Source: Nymphaea colorata (taxonomy: Eukaryota). Taken from it: 64,000 nucleotides of DNA. The notes below the pieces were generated by a model. It worked only from the letters and a program-made list of their open reading frames with translations. It did not search any database and was not told the DNA's origin. The position numbers and the translations under genes were made by a program. Within the stretch, counting starts at the first letter, position 1. The number at the start of each line of letters is the position of its first letter. The DNA lies in contig NC_045138.2 in assembly GCF_008831285.2 (NCBI RefSeq), forward strand, positions 21,018,001 through 21,082,000. The letters are read 5' to 3'. This document shows positions 57,193-64,000 of the stretch, piece after piece.

Positions 57193-60100
57193 TAACTGTA
57201 CATATTCAATGTGTGTCTGTATAAAAAGTGGGTTGTGGGGTAAGACAGATGAATTAAATGGGGAAATTGCAGTACTATTTGAAAGAAACATCTCTCTCTC
57301 TCTCTCTCTCTCTCTAGCTATGAAATTGGGAAGGTAAAAAAATAGTTGTTGAAAGAAAAAATTACCAAGAGAGAAAGGTAGGTGAGAGAGTGATGAAGGA
57401 TGAATAGAACTTATATATGTACATATTATTGATAAAATTAGCATTTGATTGAGAACAGAATCTAAGCTAAAAGCCATCTTGCTATGATTCCTTAGATGAT
57501 ATCAATATCTAGTTTCCCTGCAAAAGGCAGAATCAGACTTCAACTCCCTTTTGGCTCATTCTATTCAACGCCTATCCCCATTGTTGCTTCTCCTGTGGAA
57601 GAAGCTCTTCTTGCTTTCTTCAATTTGGCGCCATCGTTTTCCAATTGTGCTTGCTTTTCAATCATCTCCCTTTTTCTTCTTCCTGTCTGTCTTTACTGCT
57701 TGTCTCTCTTTACAGCTTCCACATTTATTTCTTCATCAACTTCTTACTGTTAGTCCCATATTAAATTGGCCATTTCTTAATTCCTCCCACTGTTACAGTA
57801 ATTTGTCCCTTTCCTGCCCCTATGGAACTTATCAATTACTACGCAAATAAAAAATCATAGAACTTTTTTGTGGTCCATTACAATGAACCTCTTATTTGAT
57901 ATTCGAGGTGATTTGAGATTCATTTATAAAAATTAGTGCTATAACAGAAAGTGGTGTTGTATTAATATTTCTCTTATTTTTAATTGTTTTCATATATTTT
58001 ATTTTTTTTGCTAAACATAAATATAGTATTATCTTTTTTAGGTAAATATGTCTTCTTTTCTTCGGTGGCATATCGGAAATACATGAAAAAAGGGAGGATA
58101 TAAATGTCAACCGGACTTTATAATTGAGGCAGATTTGTATACTAGGAGCAGTATCAACTTTTTTGCCCAATCATTCAACCACACCTGGCTTCGGGGCGGA
58201 TCGAATTCAGTAGCAATGTTTGTTCATCTCTGATTTGGATCCAAGGTGATATGAGATCATTGGGGATCTTAAATTCCAGGATATGAGGTTCCATGGATCT
58301 CATGCTTTTTTGCCATTTAATATGGATTTGAAATTCACAATGTTGGAACCGCAGATCTCATAATAGATATATTACGAATCAGTTTCAGATTTAAGATCCA
58401 AGACTATCAAATCTACGTGAAAATATTATTTATCAAATCTAACAAGTCAGTTTCAGGAAACATGATGTGATTATAAATATTATCTCTAAATCAAGCAATC
58501 AAACATTGAACATCGTTCACGTCATGATTTTCAATCGAGAACAAAACGTTCTTAAAAACGTGTGATCTAAAAAACACGATCCTTTTCACCAACTTCCCTC
58601 TTAAAGCCATACATTTATTCTCATGTTTGACCATTATAAGCCCAAGCATTCAACAACAGCGTTGATATCGATGGCAAGTATCCAAATCAAGCACTGAGTC
58701 TCACTGATGTCAACTCATTATATAAATTTGTTTCAATGCAACATTTAAAAAGTCGAACTTAGTCAACAAATCTAGCTTTACGTAATCAATGTTAAGTTCA
58801 AACATTTTTTTCAATATTATGCGACAACCCACCTTATACCGGTAAGAGGAGTATTTCATATTACGACATCCTATATGGTTTTTATGTTTATTTTTGGTTT
58901 GTCGATGTGTGACGCACTATACTTCAATTTATATATCGGCACCTTCCTTATAAAGCACAGAAAGTTGATACTACTACGGGAGCTTGAAATGGAGACTGAC
59001 CATCATACCGACTCTTACTGCATCCATTGCACCAAACCCCTTAGAGGTTGTTTGGCAAATGAAATACTTTGTGAGCATTTTATAAATTTATCTTAAAGGT
59101 TGGGGCAGATTCATAAAATAAGTGCCAAACAACTCCATAAGAATAATCTACCTGGTTTAGTAAACATTTGAACATTTGATATCTTAAACATTTCATGTTG
59201 CACGTAAAAAAATATTTCAATAAAAGAAAGAATTGAAACTCGCAGCACTCATTAAAATTTTGAACAATTGGCCCCATAAAATCCATTAAAAAAAATTGAC
59301 CAATTTTTTTTATCCTAAATCTGGTTTCAAAACACACCTTTATATATATAAAAATATAAAATAAGTAGACCATGTGTCGTTGCACCACATTCTCGTTGTG
59401 CAGGTCATGAAGTTGAAAAGATACAGATTGTAAAGATGCAAATGGTCCGGAAGGAGACAGCTAATATGTCCGAAGTAAAAGATGCAAATGGTCCGGAATT
59501 TGAAGCTAATACGTCCGAAGTGGGGCCGAAGCTTCATTTTACAATAAAAATATTGAAAAAAGAAATTGGAAATCCGACGCATATATATATATATATAACA
59601 TCCAATCGAGTGCAGTGGGGCAGGCAGAATGAAGCGTTTGTTTAGCAAGGTCACATGTTGATGGCCGGCAGTACCGGACCGTTCTGCCCACTAAAATATG
59701 CTTTCCGGAATAATTATTTAATATTGGTGCATCAAAAGAAGCATGTTCATCATGTTCCACAATTAATCCACCTCTTCACCACTTGCGATGGGAAGTCCGA
59801 ACCAGCAGGATGCGGATCCGGTTTCCTTAGCTTCCATTTTGGATTTGAATTCTTGGCTTTAGACTCTAATTTTGAGTTGCTCACAGTAGATGTAGTCGGA
59901 TTTTGTTAGCTTCTTATCCAGATTTCTGAATTAAGATACTGATTATGCGCATTTAAACCAAGTCCAAATGAAATTTGGATTAGCAGATCTGAATGCCAAC
60001 CTGGGCACATGCCAAGATCCACTTGAATGAATAAAAATCCAAAAATGGCATATGAACTTGAATCCATTCGCTACTGCCCAACGTTGTATAATTAAAAAAA

Positions 60101-62805
60101 GTTTTGGAAATCAAATTGTTATATAATTTTAATAAAATTATTATTTTTGATCATGTGGCAATATACAACTATTTGTATCAAATTATGACCAAGGGCGATC
60201 AAACACACCTTTATATGGCTAAAAATGGATAGTTCCATTAACAGTGGATTTCTGAAGGGAAAGATGGGTCGATTACAGATCTATGATATGAGATCCAAAC
60301 TGATCTCAACAACCTTCAGTTGGTTGGAGGAGGAGGGGATATCTTGAAGCAGCTAAGGCCAAGGCGGAGGACCCAATTAAAGTTTCTAAATTTTGATTAG
60401 GTATGAAATATCATTTTTGAACATTTTTATATAAAACAAGTAAAAAATTTTAAAATTTATAAGTAATTTAAAAAAAAAATTAAGGTGGGCCAAGGCCCAT
60501 GCGGGTCCTACCTTGGCTCTACCCCTCTCTCTTTCTCCCTGTCTTTGGGTTCAAGGTTGCTTCAGAATTTGAGTGGAGAACGGAAAATCTATCAATTAGA
60601 GTGTCGTGCATTTACCGTTTGCAAATTGCAATATGAATAAACAATGCGTAAGAGAAACGAACTGACAATTAAACTTTCATTGGTCCACCAGTTTGACCAG
60701 CTATGTTAGGTCCCATGAAGAAAATAACATTAGATTGGACATGTGAGGCTATGGATGAAACATGAGAGAGCCTTGTACACGACTTAAAAATATTTGCTAA
60801 TTAATATGTTTGTCCTATGATATGTCAAATCACATTATTAAACTGATCTAATAGCTTTCCACCATTAATTTATGTGCTTCTGTGGACATATTTGTGTGTA
60901 TAGAAATTGAAATCAATCACCTGATGCTTCCAACTATTTAAAACAAATAGAATGATTCAAATATTTGCTGATTTATATAAATTACTGGACCTTAAATCCA
61001 AAAGCTTTTAGATTAGTGTCTCTAATTTTTTTTTGGGGTCGAAACGATAGGTTTTTAACTTTTAGCCAGAGCATATCAAGCTTTTAGTGGACCCATTTGG
61101 GTAGAAATGTCTAAAAATCCACCTCTACCAACGGATAACTATTGGATGTCATTCATCCATAATGGGAACCACATTTTTTCTCCCCTTTACAGCCATTCAT
61201 TTCATATAATCATTGCAAGATTTTTTTCAGTCTTACTCTCTCTCTAAATAAATTATATATATATATATGTGTTCTGGGGTAGAGGGAAGGGGGCGCCTAG
61301 GCTATGGCCCCACCAGCTAATGAAAAAATATATATATATTGAAAAAAATAAAATTTTTTAATTGCACCATGTATTTTTTAGATTTGAATTTAATTTGGCT
61401 CTACCCAGATCCGAGGTTGAACTGTCGGCTCGTCCCTGAAAAAAATCCTGACTCCGCCCCTCTGTGTGATGTGTGTTGAAATCTACCAAATACCTAGATA
61501 GATTTTTTTTATATATTTTTCATCTCTAAAAACACTGAAAATAGTTGCTAAATGCCTTCAAAAACCGTGACAAAAAAGTCAACGCTAACGCACCTTTTGC
61601 AACAGTTTTTGGTGTCACAAAATAGATAAAATTTATCCCGAAACTAAAGGTAGCCGACAGATTTCAGTGTCCCATATATATATATATATATTCATTTGTA
61701 AAAAAAGACAAAAGGCATATCTCCCAACAACCGTTCACTGAAATGAAGAAAAGACAACTTTCAATCGTATGGACGTTAAAAGTAACTGTACGAAGAGAAG
61801 TAAAATCTTCAACATGAAGTGCGAACAAATCTTCAAGGTGGCCATTGCTGAGAGAATGGCGGTTGGATGTTGATTCCGCCAGCCAGGGAGAAGGGTAGGA
61901 GCGATTAAAAATGTAAACTGTTCGAACTCCGACGATTGATGTTCATGTAATCAACATACTTTCTGTAACAAACAACAAATTCTAATTTAGATCAATCCAA
62001 TGTGAAAGGACATAAAAAGTCCATTGCTCCCATTTCATGGAGGATGACGACTGTGATTGTGTTCTCAAAGATGCCATTGCAGACATGAATTCCAATTACA
62101 AAGAGAAAGCTTTAGGATTCAATAATTTCCTTTAAAAGTCCTGTTTGGCAAAACTAGTTGGGTGTTTGTTGCCCAGCACAAATAATTCCCCTCAGGGCAT
62201 ATGGATGGACAAAAGGTCAAATTCAGAGACCATACAGGATAAAGAGAATTGCGTTCTACTATAAGTAGGCGGCTATAGTTAACATAGTGTCATTTTCATT
62301 ACGCTCAAAGGAAATGATGAAGAGCACTTGAATGTAGACGAACATCTCGTTTTACGTTCCGCTTTCGACGCCAGAATTTGACACCTTATTGAAAATTCAA
62401 GACTGCATGAAGAACTCGAAAAAGTTGACCTGAACCAAAATATCCTTGCAATCCTTTACCAAATTTCAGCGTGTTCAGATCTTCACCATCGGCAGCATCA
62501 AACATATTCGCCATCAATTCTTACTCTTTTTCTTTTACTGTATCTCACAATTATTCTAAATAAAAGATTGATAACTACATGCAGTTGACCTCTTTCTCTC
62601 TCCCTTTCTGCCCAACAAACTTGGGAATAAGTGAACTGCACAAGAGGTTTATTGGCATTATGATAAACAAAATATGTTACAATCTACTTAAAATTCTAAA
62701 GTGAGGGGCCATTCAATGCATGATGACACTGCCAAGCTTCCGGTACAACTTTCATCAGCCTGTACGATGGTTGCACCCACAATGATGCAGCCATTGTCAA
62801 TGCAC

Positions 62806-62994
62806 TCACAGGAGTTGGACGGCTGCAATTGCTGGTATCTTCTCCCGCAATCTCTGAGTTACAGCCACACGGACGGTCATCACTCCTGCAGCTGGTCCGG
62901 TTATTCTGATTTTCACAATTGGCTCTTCTATTTTGACAAGCTCCAGCTCACCACCACCAGTTCCCCCAAGATATGGCCTGATTTCTTCGAGTAC
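62806..62994 (-). CDS. NFU2: Last coding exon of a plastid NifU-like Fe-S carrier (NFU2/NFU3 type); rest of the gene lies beyond the right edge
   Basis: After a CAG acceptor at 62995: [66 protein letters not shown], the degenerate second NFU domain. NFU2 rather than NFU3 is a judgement from recall. Confidence 0.88.
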   Translation of the reverse strand, partial: VLEEIRPYLGGTGGGELELVKIEEPIVKIRITGPAAGVMTVRVAVTQRLREKIPAIAAVQLL

Positions 62995-64000
62995 CTGCAT
63001 CGCAAAACATCCTTTTGAATAATGAAAAGTAGCAAACAATTCATCGCAAGCTGCTTCTTCCGATTCTAGTTCATCACCGTTAATTATAATACTTGTTTCA
63101 ACACAAGATCTGTTTTACATGAAGAATGAAATCCCACCCCTCTTTTTCTTCATTCAAACTATGTCATGAATATTTTGGTACATGATTATTATTCCAGAGC
63201 CAAAGCAACAAATTCATCAGTAGCTGACCTGGGTCCACTTGGTTCTCAAACTGTAGCCTTCACGTTTCCCCACGTTATAAAATAAAAAACAGGCAACCCA
63301 CATAGAGCTTACAATGGCGTTCAGGCCTAGAAGGCTCCTTCAGCTTTGTTCTCAAACCATGGCATTGATGCTTCTCCACATTATAAACGAAAACAGGCAA
63401 ATGCACATGTAACTTATAAATAGCACTTAGGTGCCTAGATGACCGTGTAAACTGGAAAAGTGGAAAGAACCAAGTTGTCAGTGACATGCATAATGGTATT
63501 CAATGTTTTACTGAGCTTTTATCATTTATTTTTTAATTCTTAAGTGTTAAATTTATATATTTAAAGTTGATTTTTCAGAACTAATTGTGGTCTTGACTAG
63601 GCATTGGACAATCATTCCCAGGACTGGGACTATGCCTTCTAATGGTCTGGCGACTAAGCATTAACTAGCACCTTTGACTAAAACTTCTGCTTCCCAAGAT
63701 CAGGCAAGTCACATAAAGGTGCTGTGATGAAGGTGATACCGATTCCTATTTCTTTCCTTTTCTAATTTCCCAGTTTTTGTCAAGATGGGGTTAGAAGTAT
63801 AGCGACCAGATTTAACTAGTTATTGGAGTCCACTTCCAACCCTAAATTGTGATGCCCTTGTCAGCAACTTAGCACTAATAGAAAGGATATCATGATATCA
63901 AATGATTGGACGCAAGAAGAGCTGGATGCCCTGAATCATGATGCAGATGGAGCTCACAGTGAAAGCTGATGCGTAAGCTGAAGTGACCAAGAAAAAAGGG

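Noticed and set aside
56784..57477. Overlapping hydrophobic ORFs of 141, 219 and 90 aa
   Set aside because: Products of a compound minisatellite and a (GA)n run.

Overview
Plant nuclear genomic DNA: AT-rich, GT-AG introns, many MITEs and (TA)n/(GA)n microsatellites. The species cannot be fixed from the sequence alone. Intact-looking genes are a multi-exon EDRF1-like gene (minus, runs off the left edge), an intronless P-class PPR gene (plus), an 8-exon Ac45/Voa1-like V-ATPase accessory gene (minus) with a decayed Ty1/copia element in its first coding intron, an intronless GC-rich four-C2 MCTP gene (minus), and the last exon of a plastid NFU2-like gene (minus). I found no intact gene between about 26.3 and 50.8 kb. 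That interval holds a three-exon tRNA-isopentenyltransferase fragment carrying a complete TRIM retroelement, a rearranged S-adenosylmethionine decarboxylase (SAMDC) locus, a 5'-only Kelch-repeat gene fragment, and an old tandem duplication with nested insertions. The most striking structure is the SAMDC locus. About 340 bp of leader plus N-terminal coding sequence occurs as an inverted repeat (33652-33989 and 34590-34935). The 600-bp loop holds the intact tiny/small uORF cassette and its spliceable intron. The truncated Kelch gene points into the locus from the right. The layout resembles a natural intron-containing hairpin-RNA gene against SAMDC, but its expression is inference. All coordinates and identities were read by eye and no database search was run.
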